DNA of 64,000 nucleotides from a virus (IMGVR_UViG_3300029288_000095:1-64000), one strand, 5' to 3'; numbered from the stretch's first letter, positions 1 through 9,453 are shown. Numbers and translations: made by a program. Notes: generated by a model not told the origin, from the sequence alone.

Positions 1-90
1 TTCCGCGAGAAATTGATATGGACGATGAGCCTATAATGATCCGTCTAAGCGGTTTCGGTTGAAAACCTTATAAACATAAGAAGGCATAAC

Positions 91-570
91 ATGGGAAAAA
101 AAAAGAAAACAGTCGCCGTACCGAAAAAGGTGTGCTGTACAAATTGCAAATTTATGGAATTCGGAGAAAAAGAACCAGGATGCTTACATCCAGAATCTAT
201 ATTTGCAGACCAAGAAAATTGTAAAAATTTTTATCATACTTATTCATGTGAAAGATACAAAGAAATAGCAAAAGGTGAAAAAAGCGCTCAACACCCAGTT
301 TTAGCGCATTTCAAAGATGTAGATGATGGAGAGGAATCGCTTGCATATTTGAATGAGCTTGAAGGTAAAGAGGTAGATATTCATTTAAGTTCCGGTGCTA
401 TGTATACTGGGAAAGTGGTTGGATATAATCTCACTAGTATCACATTTTTAAGATCATACGGGAATGAGCGTATGATGTTTCCTATGTCAGAAATAGTATC
501 TCCGTTAGTTGTTTACGATCATCCACCATACGAAGGGGTAATTAAGCATGAAGACGAAGAAAATAATTGA
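91..570 (+). CDS. Protein with N-terminal Cys-rich region and C-terminal Sm/Hfq-like (LSm) domain
   Basis: C-terminal LEGKEVDIHLSSGAMYTGKVVGYN...ITF...MMFPMSEIVS follows the Sm1/Sm2 pattern (V.I.L..G..Y.G.V.G....I; I..I..I). Confidence 0.5.
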   Translation: MGKKKKTVAVPKKVCCTNCKFMEFGEKEPGCLHPESIFADQENCKNFYHTYSCERYKEIAKGEKSAQHPVLAHFKDVDDGEESLAYLNELEGKEVDIHLSSGAMYTGKVVGYNLTSITFLRSYGNERMMFPMSEIVSPLVVYDHPPYEGVIKHEDEENN

Positions 571-738
571 AACGATTTGTACATTACTGTTTAAGATGAT
601 TATTATTCCGCCGATAATAATTATATCCTTATTGGTCGGTACAATATGCTCAATTATTGACTGGAAAACTGGAAGAACAAAAAAGTGAACATAATTTTTG
701 TCGATACAAAAAATGTTGACGGATACAATTTGGATATA

Positions 739-766
739 TTGACTTTTATTTTTTTTGATGTATAAT
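739..766 (+). promoter_or_regulatory. sigma70-like promoter
   Basis: TTGACT-N16-TATAAT. Confidence 0.7.
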
Positions 767-972
767 ACCAGACAATAAAAATTAAAAGGAAGAATAATGC
801 CGAAACAAATAAGCGATGTTGAACGAAAACGTATTATACAAATGGCGGCTTATGGCACAAGTTTGACAACGATATCAAGCAGACTTCAAATAAATAAAAA
901 TATTATCAAAGAAGTTATCGGTAACTCTAAATATAGAAACGAATATGAAATATACGGTAAGGTGACTTTCAA

Positions 973-1260
973 ATGATAAAATCAATAATTATAATATGTC
1001 CGGTATTATTTTTTGTTTCATGTTCAAAAATAATTCCAGAAGAATATATTGTTGAAAACGCATTTACAATAACTATAAAAACAACGCGCGGTGGTATTGA
1101 ATTCGTTCCTATACTTAAATTATACGGTAAAGGTTCAAACGAAATAGTTGTTGTTAATGAAAAAGATTTTCTAAATATTGAAGTCGGTGATACGGTTTTT
1201 GTAAAAAATAAAAATGTCATTAAGGTAGATAAAAAATGCGATACGACTTCAATAAAATAA
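973..1260 (+). CDS. Putative lipoprotein
   Basis: Basic N-terminus, hydrophobic stretch, FFVSC lipobox-like end. Confidence 0.45.
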   Translation: MIKSIIIICPVLFFVSCSKIIPEEYIVENAFTITIKTTRGGIEFVPILKLYGKGSNEIVVVNEKDFLNIEVGDTVFVKNKNVIKVDKKCDTTSIK

Positions 1261-1841
1261 TAAAAACACTTATAAAAAAGAATTACACAGTATTTTATGG
1301 AAGTTCAAGTGATAGTTATGATTTGAATTTAGTTGGGATACGTTCAACAAATGCAAGAGTAGATTATTTTGATGATATACTTGCTGTATTTTTTTATAAT
1401 AATTATTATTGGGATTATCGTGAATATAATGTAACTACACTTCCAGGTCTTCCGTATTTGCAATCGCCCATGAGCGCAAACGGGTGCGCTATCATTAAGG
1501 ATGGTCAATATAAAGGGCTGTGGCAGCTAGGAATGCATTTTTCGCAATTTGCGCTTGTACAGAAAAATCCAATAACGGTGATTCGAGATAATGATAAAGA
1601 TGGTCATTTTGATTTTGACGGACCAACTGAAACGGGTATGTTTGGAATAAATTGCCACAGAAAAGAAATAACGGGTATTAGCGAACGCGTTTCGATCGCC
1701 AGTGCCGGATGCGTTGTACATGCAGACCACGAAAGATTTGATAATGAATTTATGCCACTATGTAAAACGGCTGCGGGGATATGGGGTAATTCATTTACAT
1801 TTACGCTATTGAACGAAGTAGATGTTTTGTCGGCAATCTAA
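1236..1841 (+). CDS. YkuD/L,D-transpeptidase-like peptidoglycan enzyme, probable endolysin
   Basis: GINCHR...SAGC matches the His...SxGC catalytic motif of the YkuD fold; LNLVGIR, TTLPG and GQY blocks typical of this phage family. Confidence 0.55.
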   Translation: MRYDFNKIIKTLIKKNYTVFYGSSSDSYDLNLVGIRSTNARVDYFDDILAVFFYNNYYWDYREYNVTTLPGLPYLQSPMSANGCAIIKDGQYKGLWQLGMHFSQFALVQKNPITVIRDNDKDGHFDFDGPTETGMFGINCHRKEITGISERVSIASAGCVVHADHERFDNEFMPLCKTAAGIWGNSFTFTLLNEVDVLSAI

Positions 1842-2808
1842 AGAAAGGATAATCAGAAATGGTAAACTTTTCAATTGAATTCATTGAAGACGATGAAGAA
1901 AATACAAAAGAAGTCATAACTATACAGCCAGATTTGATCCGCGTAGATATGCTTACGAATTTAACAGCGCAGTCAACAACATACGAATTCGTAGAAATAT
2001 TCAGAAAGATGATGTTAGCTATGGGGCATACGGCTATTGATCAGTTTATCGATTTTGAAGGCGGAGTGTTGGCGGAAGACGATCATAGACATGAAGACGA
2101 ACAAGAATTTTTTAAAAAGGGGGACGGCGATGGGAAGAAATGAAATGCAAGAATATGAATTTGAACCGTGGGACGATGAAAAAATGATTTGTCCTCATTG
2201 CGGAAATAAATTCCAAAAAAAGTTTACGGATATACTTGATCTTGACGATGAATTAGACACTGACAGCGCATATGAAGAAAATGATCTTGAAATAATCGTG
2301 TGCAAATCATGCGGTAAACCTTCTACGCTTTCTGTTAAAACTGTTATTATTAAAGCAAAACAGATTGGTACGTTGCGCGGTATTGAACGAGATGAATGGG
2401 AAAAAAGATTTAAAGGACGGACGGCTACGGCAGAAGCATAAATGGGAATTATAACGGATGAACATGATAGGGTTATATCAAATACAATTCAATATTCACC
2501 GTTACAATCAGACTTTTTAGTATATGAAGAAAATTACGATGAAGATTTAATTAATAAAAGGAAATCGCAATGGAAAAAGACATTAAATCGGTAGCTATTG
2601 ATTTCAAGACAGAAGAAACGCTTCTTACCATGACCGAAGAACAGCTCATGGACGAATATGAATGCTGCCGTAAAGCGATTGAAGCGATTGAAAGTTATAT
2701 TATAGACATAGATCATACCGCATATAAAATGGGATATGACATCGAAGAAGAATTTGAGAACGATGATTTTGAAGATGAAGATATCGATGTGAACGAAGAA
2801 GATTAAGC

Positions 2809-3150
2809 ATGAACTCAAAAATAACTCGCGTAAAAGCAATTAGAAATAAATGTATAGATTGCTCAGAAACAAATTTGGATAGATCAAATTGCAAAGAAAT
2901 ATCATGCCCATTGCATAATTTTAGAATGGGTAAAAGACCTAAAAAGTGTAAACCAGATTTAGCAATTAAGAAATATTGTAAATGGTGCTCTATTACATCG
3001 CAAGAAGTAATAGACTGCCCAGACGATAAGTGCGCATTATACCCATATAGGCATCCAAATGTACCAAATGATGCTAAAAGCGATGATGATACAAAAACAC
3101 AGTCTGTAGTGCCAACTTTGGCGCTTAAAACCGATTCTATTGAGGTATAA
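2809..3150 (+). CDS. Cys-rich zinc-binding phage protein with internal duplication
   Basis: Two copies of AI(R/K)xxCxxC...C....CxLxx(F/Y)R. Confidence 0.55.
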   Translation: MNSKITRVKAIRNKCIDCSETNLDRSNCKEISCPLHNFRMGKRPKKCKPDLAIKKYCKWCSITSQEVIDCPDDKCALYPYRHPNVPNDAKSDDDTKTQSVVPTLALKTDSIEV

Positions 3151-3763
3151 AATGAATAGTTTTAACGGGAAATGCGTACAATGCGGTATAAATACACTGA
3201 CTACCGCAGATGTTGATGGTATTTGTTCTATGTGCAGAATGATAAACAAATCAAATAAAGAATGTCATAATCCGCTATTTGAATATGCTGGATGGTATTG
3301 TCCTAGTTGCGGAAGTGTATATTCTCCATCAACGCGGGAATGTTTACGATGTAATCCGCCGTATGAATATAAAATAACCTGTTCTTGTGGCAAAGAGCAT
3401 AATCATACTGGGATTCCAATGCCAAAAAATAATATTACTGGTCAATGCATCAGCGATAGGAACATAAAACTTTGAGTTTCGTACCAGATTATATCTGTCC
3501 AGAATGCGCAAAGGAATGCGGTGGTGAAGAAGAAATAAAAGATCTTCAGCCAGAACCGTTCACGCGCCTATGCGACGTATGCTTACGTCATAAAAGATGT
3601 ATACAAGCAAGCAAGTTCAATAAATTAGACAACAAACTTTTGATCAAGGCACATGCGCGGATAAGGACTAAAATCAGCATGTCGTTAAAGGATTGCTATT
3701 GATTATGTAGGTTGAAAACCCGCAAATTGTAGACATAAAAACCACAAAGCGAGTTATTTCACC

Positions 3764-6757
3764 ATGGACGAAATCATAAAAGTCTTTGCATCGGTTATTG
3801 ATTACCCACAGCAGAATTTACCTTCAGATGTGTGGAGCTACAATGAAAAATCAAAAGAATACGCGCTTAAACCAGAAGTCAAAGCAGAAATACTTTCTAG
3901 GATTGAACAGTTCTTTAAAGAAAAAGGTTTTAAGAATATTGAAAAGTTTTGGCTGGGTACTGTTATCGGTAGTAGCATTGGTAGCCTATTTTATACTACG
4001 TCCACAGATATAGACGTAAAGTCAATTATAGACGTTGCCGAATTTATGAAAGCCAATGATTATGATGTTGGCGATCAAATGTGGAACATGGTGAAGGAAG
4101 TCCGCAAGAGTGATGTGATGGCGGCAAGCAACCCGCTGAAGACGACCAATAATCGCCCGATAGATATTTATTTTATAAACATCGCGGATTTTTCTGAAGA
4201 CGGAATATCGGGTATCGCCGAAGATCATCTTAAAAAATACGATAGCCTTTACTTCGTAGAAGAGGATGTTTGGCTGAAAGAACCGCAACAGATCGCCGAT
4301 ATAGAAAAATACATAGACGAACGCGATAAAACCCTCCAAGAAGCCTATAAACGCGCCGATAAGATAGCCGAAGGTCTTGATATTGATATTGGTAAGGCTA
4401 ACCGCGTGGCGACCGATATAGAGGCGTTTGGCGACTATATAGCCACCCTTAAACCAGAACAGAAGGCAAAGCTGCGCGATAGGCTTCAAAAGAAGCTTGA
4501 CGAACTAGAAAAGATCATCCAAGATATGATTGACACGAAGAACGAAGTTCTTGAAGATCGCCAAAAGGCGTTTCAAGATTTGGATTTCACGCTTGATTAT
4601 GAACACATGATTACGAGTATAAATTTTCATCCCGATAACGTTAAGATGAAACTACTTGTTAAATGGGCTTATTTCAATATAATTTCAAAATTGCAAGATA
4701 TCGCGGAAGACCCAGTAACGGATGAAGTAGAAGTCAAAGAAGAAGACGTACCGGCTATCAAGGAAGTTGTTGCTAGTGGCGATGTTTATTTTAGGGGTGC
4801 ACCATCGGATGAAATATCGGCGCATGATTTTCCTGGGATGTGGTTAAGTAAAGACGAGGCTATTGCGGAACAATACGGCGACACTTATAAGTATACATTA
4901 GAAAACGCAAATCTTTTGAATACAGAAGAGCCAGAAGCGCGGGATATAGAAATAGAATTTGCGAAAAAGTATCCAGTACTAGAAGAAGAAATGAATCAAA
5001 CCGGAGAATGGACTGAACTATGGATGTTCCCGTGCGACGAATTAGTATCAATATTGAAGCAACGCGGTTATGACGGATATAACAATGGTTCAGATACATT
5101 TGTATTCAATCTTTTCAAAATAAAAAAAGCATCAAATAAAATAAACATAAATAGGTATGCTTCTGAAGTATTAAGTGATACGCCTACAGATGAGATGAAA
5201 GAACATTATGATAAACGAACTAAAAATCATATAGCGCTTGTCAAAAAATATTGCGAAAAACTTGTGCCTATATATGGTGATGAAATCATTCAGCGCGGTA
5301 AAGATCACGATAAAAGTAAATTTGAAGAACCAGAATATACTCCATATGTATTTACTACGTGGAGATATAAATGCAAAGATGATAATAAAGAATTCAAATG
5401 CTCTAAAGAAATGGAACAACGGATGAAAGATGCAACTGAGCATCACATAAAGAACAATCCACATCATCCTGAATTTCATACGGATAAATTAAATAATTTG
5501 ATTAACACGAAAGACCGCGATGCTATTCCAGATGAAATGATTGATTCTACTAAAATGACTGATCTTGATATAGCAGAAATGTGCGCTGATTGGTGTGCTA
5601 TGTCAGAAGAGCGCGGTAATAGCCCGATAGAATGGGCTGATAAAAACGTTAACAAGCGTTGGAAATTTGACGAAAAGCAATCAAAAAAAATATATGATTT
5701 GATAAATAAAATTTGGGAAAGTAAGAAGAAAATAAATATCCGCCGTGTTGCCGAACGGGGTAATCATACCGTGGGCGCAAGCCCAGCACATGATCCTATG
5801 GTCAGTAATGACAAAGTGGTTAATATTGGCGATGGCGGCGGATCAGTTATAGGTGAAACAAAAATTCTAACATTTGATGAAATAGAAAAGTCATCAAAGG
5901 CAATTGACCGAATACAGCCTATGCCGTGTATCTGGTACGAAAACGAAAGCGGCGAAAAGCGGTTCTTGTCAGAAAAGGAACTTGAAAACCCGTATGACAT
6001 AGAAACAAATATCCAAAAAGATTATCCGATCCAAGTGAGTCACTTTCCAGTTGTGACAGAAACGTTCGTGGATACAGATAGCGGCGGACATATGACTTTT
6101 GAAACATCTATAAACTGTATTCAAGATATAGTTTTATATCTTGTTCAAAATCGCGGATGGAAGTTAACTGATGCAATAGTCACGGCTTCTGGGATGTGTG
6201 AAAGATGTTTAAACGTCATTTCGGAACAAGCTGGCGGTGAAAAATATCCGCAAGAACAAAAAGATTCTTCGCACACGCATTGTGATTTATGCGCTGTTGT
6301 AGATCCAGAATACGATATCTGGTGGAATACTACGTGGCAAGAAGAACTTAAAAAGATACCAGAAGCGGAAATGGCAAAGCCTATAACTGCATCAGATAAA
6401 AAAGCCAATAATAGTATATATACACTATTTATAAAAGAAGCGGTTCAGCATTTTAGGAAGAAGCTTGCGGCGGATATTTCTGGGATTCAAGAATTAGAAA
6501 ATTGGGTAACTAATGCGATTGGTATGGAAGAAAAATACAAAAACATACTTTTGAAAATTGTACAACATATGAAAAACGCTACATCAAAAGATGATATGAA
6601 AGATGAAAAAAAATATTTCATGCAAAGATATCGTGAAATAAATTCGTATCCAGCTTCATATCCATTCCCAATTGCGGTTAAAAGAATATTGGATAAAATA
6701 CAATTCATTGATAAACAAGCGTCTAAAAAGATAAACATCCGCCGAATAGAAGGGTAA
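3764..6757 (+). CDS. Multi-domain (polyvalent) protein: Pol-beta nucleotidyltransferase + ADP-ribosyltransferase-like + DUF5662-like HD domain + Cys-rich domain
   Basis: GSS...Y..STDIDV (NTase); YFRG...GMWLS.D..IA.QYG (ART-like, about aa 338-455); H...V..Y...RG..HD.SKF...HH..NNPHHPE...EMCADW (HD/DUF5662, about aa 467-655). Confidence 0.7.
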   Translation: MDEIIKVFASVIDYPQQNLPSDVWSYNEKSKEYALKPEVKAEILSRIEQFFKEKGFKNIEKFWLGTVIGSSIGSLFYTTSTDIDVKSIIDVAEFMKANDYDVGDQMWNMVKEVRKSDVMAASNPLKTTNNRPIDIYFINIADFSEDGISGIAEDHLKKYDSLYFVEEDVWLKEPQQIADIEKYIDERDKTLQEAYKRADKIAEGLDIDIGKANRVATDIEAFGDYIATLKPEQKAKLRDRLQKKLDELEKIIQDMIDTKNEVLEDRQKAFQDLDFTLDYEHMITSINFHPDNVKMKLLVKWAYFNIISKLQDIAEDPVTDEVEVKEEDVPAIKEVVASGDVYFRGAPSDEISAHDFPGMWLSKDEAIAEQYGDTYKYTLENANLLNTEEPEARDIEIEFAKKYPVLEEEMNQTGEWTELWMFPCDELVSILKQRGYDGYNNGSDTFVFNLFKIKKASNKININRYASEVLSDTPTDEMKEHYDKRTKNHIALVKKYCEKLVPIYGDEIIQRGKDHDKSKFEEPEYTPYVFTTWRYKCKDDNKEFKCSKEMEQRMKDATEHHIKNNPHHPEFHTDKLNNLINTKDRDAIPDEMIDSTKMTDLDIAEMCADWCAMSEERGNSPIEWADKNVNKRWKFDEKQSKKIYDLINKIWESKKKINIRRVAERGNHTVGASPAHDPMVSNDKVVNIGDGGGSVIGETKILTFDEIEKSSKAIDRIQPMPCIWYENESGEKRFLSEKELENPYDIETNIQKDYPIQVSHFPVVTETFVDTDSGGHMTFETSINCIQDIVLYLVQNRGWKLTDAIVTASGMCERCLNVISEQAGGEKYPQEQKDSSHTHCDLCAVVDPEYDIWWNTTWQEELKKIPEAEMAKPITASDKKANNSIYTLFIKEAVQHFRKKLAADISGIQELENWVTNAIGMEEKYKNILLKIVQHMKNATSKDDMKDEKKYFMQRYREINSYPASYPFPIAVKRILDKIQFIDKQASKKINIRRIEG

Positions 6758-6762
6758 TACAG

Positions 6763-8178
6763 ATGGGTAAAATAAATGTCCGTTATGCGCATCCAGGAGA
6801 TCATCTTCACAAGCAAGATAGTAGCTTAGAAAAGCTAGAAGATCTTTTTAATAATCAAGGCTATGATAAAGCCATGCTTATAATTGACGGAGAAGAAAAT
6901 CCTTATCGTCAAAAACCGTATGAACGCGGTAGCCAACCGAAAATGGAAGAATGGGAAAACAGAGAAGTAGAACTTGATTGGCTTATAAACGAAGCGCGTA
7001 TGAATCATGACGCGCCGTTATTTGCCGTGTTGGGTCATAACGGAACATATTCAATTATAAAAGTATGGTCTAGCACAGACGTAGAGAAGCCTATTGTATA
7101 TGTCGGTTCGGGTGATCGTATGGCGGCATTAAATGCGCGTACAGTGTTTGCAAAACGGCTAGAACAATTCACGCTACAAGAAATGCCTGATTTAAAACAG
7201 CACATCGGAAATTATATCGCTACGCTGAAAGAATTCACCAAGAAGTTCAAAGAAGACGAAGGCAACAAAGGACGGTTACCTAAAGTAGAAGATTTAGATC
7301 AAATTGAAGAATACGGTATTCAGAATTCTTTAGGATTCAATGGCGCACAATTGCGAGATAAAGTTTCTGAACTTACGGGGATAGGCAAAGAAAAAAATGT
7401 TGGCGATGCTCTATATAAGTTCGAACGCATTCTCAGCAAGGTCAAAGAATACGAACAAGAACTTCTGGATCAGCAAGCGCGGAAAGAAAAAGGTGTCGGC
7501 GAAGATAAAATCAAGAAAGACGAACGTTTTACGCAGACGTTGAAGGAAGATATCGTTGCCCTTAAAAAGCGCAAGGCATATCTGGAATATTTGATCGGAT
7601 CGTTAAAGAAAATAAACGAAGCTGGAATCAGCCAGAAGTATATCAATTCGCTTGCCAAAAGTCTGACTGCGCAGTACAATCTTAAAGTCAATGACGTTAA
7701 GAAAACAGATAACGCGGTCGTGATCGAAGTAGAATCGCCGGCGAAGTTTACGCGGTGGACATTTGATGCGCTTCAAAAAGCGCTTGCCGACAAGGGTATG
7801 GAAGCGAAAGAATGGGGCGAAAACGAAGAAAAGATATCGTCCAAGTTCACCATTGAGATCCCGACAACGCTGACGTATAAAAATCTAAACGCGCAATTCA
7901 AAAACGCGGTTAAGGTTTTCATTGATCCGAATAAAGACATGCCGCTTGAACGGATCATATCAACGCTTGATACCGACTTCTTGAAAGAATACACAAAGGT
8001 TATTAACGAAATTCTGGCAGAAGATATCGAAAACATAAAGAGCGACAAGAAAAAAGGACTTATAGATTCTATCAAGTCGCTGTTCACCAAGACGGACGTG
8101 CAGAAATATATGCAGACTGAAACCGGTGATCAAGAACTTAAAACAGAAGAGCAATTTTACGGGGAGAAGAAAAAATGA
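6763..8178 (+). CDS. Coiled-coil hypothetical protein, possibly virion-associated
   Basis: 471-aa ORF starting MGKINVRYA, the same motif repeated in the upstream protein. Confidence 0.5.
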   Translation: MGKINVRYAHPGDHLHKQDSSLEKLEDLFNNQGYDKAMLIIDGEENPYRQKPYERGSQPKMEEWENREVELDWLINEARMNHDAPLFAVLGHNGTYSIIKVWSSTDVEKPIVYVGSGDRMAALNARTVFAKRLEQFTLQEMPDLKQHIGNYIATLKEFTKKFKEDEGNKGRLPKVEDLDQIEEYGIQNSLGFNGAQLRDKVSELTGIGKEKNVGDALYKFERILSKVKEYEQELLDQQARKEKGVGEDKIKKDERFTQTLKEDIVALKKRKAYLEYLIGSLKKINEAGISQKYINSLAKSLTAQYNLKVNDVKKTDNAVVIEVESPAKFTRWTFDALQKALADKGMEAKEWGENEEKISSKFTIEIPTTLTYKNLNAQFKNAVKVFIDPNKDMPLERIISTLDTDFLKEYTKVINEILAEDIENIKSDKKKGLIDSIKSLFTKTDVQKYMQTETGDQELKTEEQFYGEKKK

Positions 8179-8669
8179 AAAAATGGTTGTTACTGCTTTT
8201 CGTACCCATGTGTCTTTCTGCGCAGAATGTCACAAGTCTGTTTGTAACAAATGTCTATGACGGCGATACTATCCACGGTACAAATGTAACTGGGCAAGTT
8301 TGCTCAGTTAGACTTTACGGGATTGACGCTCCAGAACTTGAACAGCCGTATGGAACAAACGCAAAAATGGTTTTAAGTAATTATGTTATGAACAAAACTG
8401 TAGAAATAATTTTCATGGGAAAAGATCCTTTCGGCAGAATTATCGGCGTCATTAAGTGGAATCAGTCTAACATAAATATGCTGATGATCGTTGAAGGCAT
8501 GGCGTGGTATTATGATATCGGAAATAAAGATTTGAACTTGGCGTATGCATTTAGAACTTTTCAGTACGAAGCTAAAATTGGAAAAGTCGGGCTATGGGCG
8601 GACAAAAATCCTATAAGCCCGTTCCAGTACAGAAGCGGAAATTTTGCAAAGTGGAATAAGAAAAAATGA
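8175..8669 (+). CDS. Secreted thermonuclease (SNase family)
   Basis: Signal peptide; VYDGDTI, VRLYGIDAPE and D.FGR motifs. Confidence 0.9.
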   Translation: MKKWLLLLFVPMCLSAQNVTSLFVTNVYDGDTIHGTNVTGQVCSVRLYGIDAPELEQPYGTNAKMVLSNYVMNKTVEIIFMGKDPFGRIIGVIKWNQSNINMLMIVEGMAWYYDIGNKDLNLAYAFRTFQYEAKIGKVGLWADKNPISPFQYRSGNFAKWNKKK

Positions 8670-8839
8670 CACCACCACCACGAAAAGAAAAAAGATTGGA
8701 AAGTTTTGGCGGTTATTATTGGATCGCTTGCCGCGCTTATTTCTGCGGCAACACCCATCACGCTTAAAATTCTTGACACCGTAGAAAAAGTAAATATGAT
8801 CAAATACGGTTTCATCAAGCCAGCTAAAAAATAGCGCTA

Positions 8840-8868
8840 TTGACATTTGATTGTCTTTCAAGTATATT
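8840..8868 (+). promoter_or_regulatory. sigma70-like promoter of the tRNA/ncRNA cluster
   Basis: TTGACA-N17-TATATT. Confidence 0.75.
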
Positions 8869-8908
8869 GTATGGAATGTCTGTCAATAAGAATTGCGACA
8901 GTCATTTT

Positions 8909-8920
8909 GTTCTTTGAAAA
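8909..8920 (+). promoter_or_regulatory. rrn-type boxA element
   Basis: GTTCTTTGAAAA immediately 5' of the first RNA of the cluster; six similar copies elsewhere in the window. Confidence 0.65.
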
Positions 8921-8921
8921 T

Positions 8922-9010
8922 GGCGGTACTGGAAAAAGGTGGCTCCCGTTTTTGATACACGTCTAAACGGACATTACATCACCACGGCGGTTAAACTCCG
9001 CCTACCGCCG
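8922..9010 (+). ncRNA. tRNA-like RNA lacking a D stem and canonical anticodon arm
   Basis: Acceptor GGCGGTA/TACCGCC; T arm GGCGG-TTAAACT-CCGCC; internal helices GGTG/CACC and CCGTTT/AAACGG. Confidence 0.6.
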
Positions 9011-9020
9011 TCTTTTATAA

Positions 9021-9095
9021 CCGGATGTAGCTCAATTGGCTTAGAGTACTCGCCCTGGGAGCGAGGGGTTGCGCGTTCGAGCCGCGCCTTCCGGA
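9021..9095 (+). tRNA. tRNA-Pro(UGG), no encoded CCA
   Basis: Cloverleaf; anticodon arm CTCGC-CCTGGGA-GCGAG; T arm GCGCG-TTCGAGC-CGCGC. Confidence 0.85.
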
Positions 9096-9103
9096 GGTAT
9101 TAT

Positions 9104-9177
9104 GGGCAGATGGTGAAATTGGCAACACTGCGGGTTTTGGTCCCGCCATTTTGCAGGTTCGAGTCCTGTTCTGCTCA
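9104..9177 (+). tRNA. tRNA-Gln(UUG), no encoded CCA
   Basis: Acceptor GGGCAGA/TCTGCTC; anticodon arm GCGGG-TTTTGGT-CCCGC; TTCGAGT T loop. Confidence 0.85.
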
Positions 9178-9180
9178 CAT

Positions 9181-9301
9181 GGGGCTGTAAAGTTTCGATT
9201 ATGGGATTGACACGGGCGACCGTGATAGCGCCAAGAAATGCCTATGAAAAATAGTGCGCGAATAATTCACATAACACGCGGCTTCGCCGCCGCCAGCTCC
9301 A
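9181..9301 (+). ncRNA. ssrA: Minimal tmRNA (tRNA-like domain + pk1 + very short tag frame)
   Basis: 5' GGGGCTG...TTCGA and 3' ...GCGGCTTCGCCGCCGCCAGCTCCA resemble tmRNA termini; G3.U70 and A73; P2 TTATG/CATAA; H-type pseudoknot CACG/CGTG + GGCG/CGCC; GCC TAT GAA AAA TAG. Confidence 0.75.
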
Positions 9302-9305
9302 CATC

Positions 9306-9378
9306 GCCAACGTAGCTCAGTCGGTAGAGCGTCAGTTTTGTAAACTGAAAGTCGCGGGTTCAATCCCTGTCGTTGGCT
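9306..9378 (+). tRNA. tRNA-Thr(UGU), no encoded CCA
   Basis: GCCAACG/CGTTGGC acceptor; TCAGT-TTTGTAA-ACTGA anticodon arm. Confidence 0.92.
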
Positions 9379-9381
9379 TTT

Positions 9382-9453
9382 GCGGGAATAGATCAATGGT
9401 AGATCTTTTGATTTCCAATCAAAGTGTTATCGGTTCAAGTCCGATTTCCCGCT
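9382..9453 (+). tRNA. tRNA-Gly(UCC), no complete encoded CCA
   Basis: GCGGGAA/TTCCCGC acceptor; TTTGA-TTTCCAA-TCAAA anticodon arm. Confidence 0.92.

Noticed and set aside
8909-8920. rRNA operon implied by boxA
   Set aside because: No 16S/23S/5S sequence follows any boxA copy.
8939-9396. ORFs 8939-9190(+) and 9199-9396(-)
   Set aside because: They overlap clear tRNA/tmRNA genes and are shadow ORFs.
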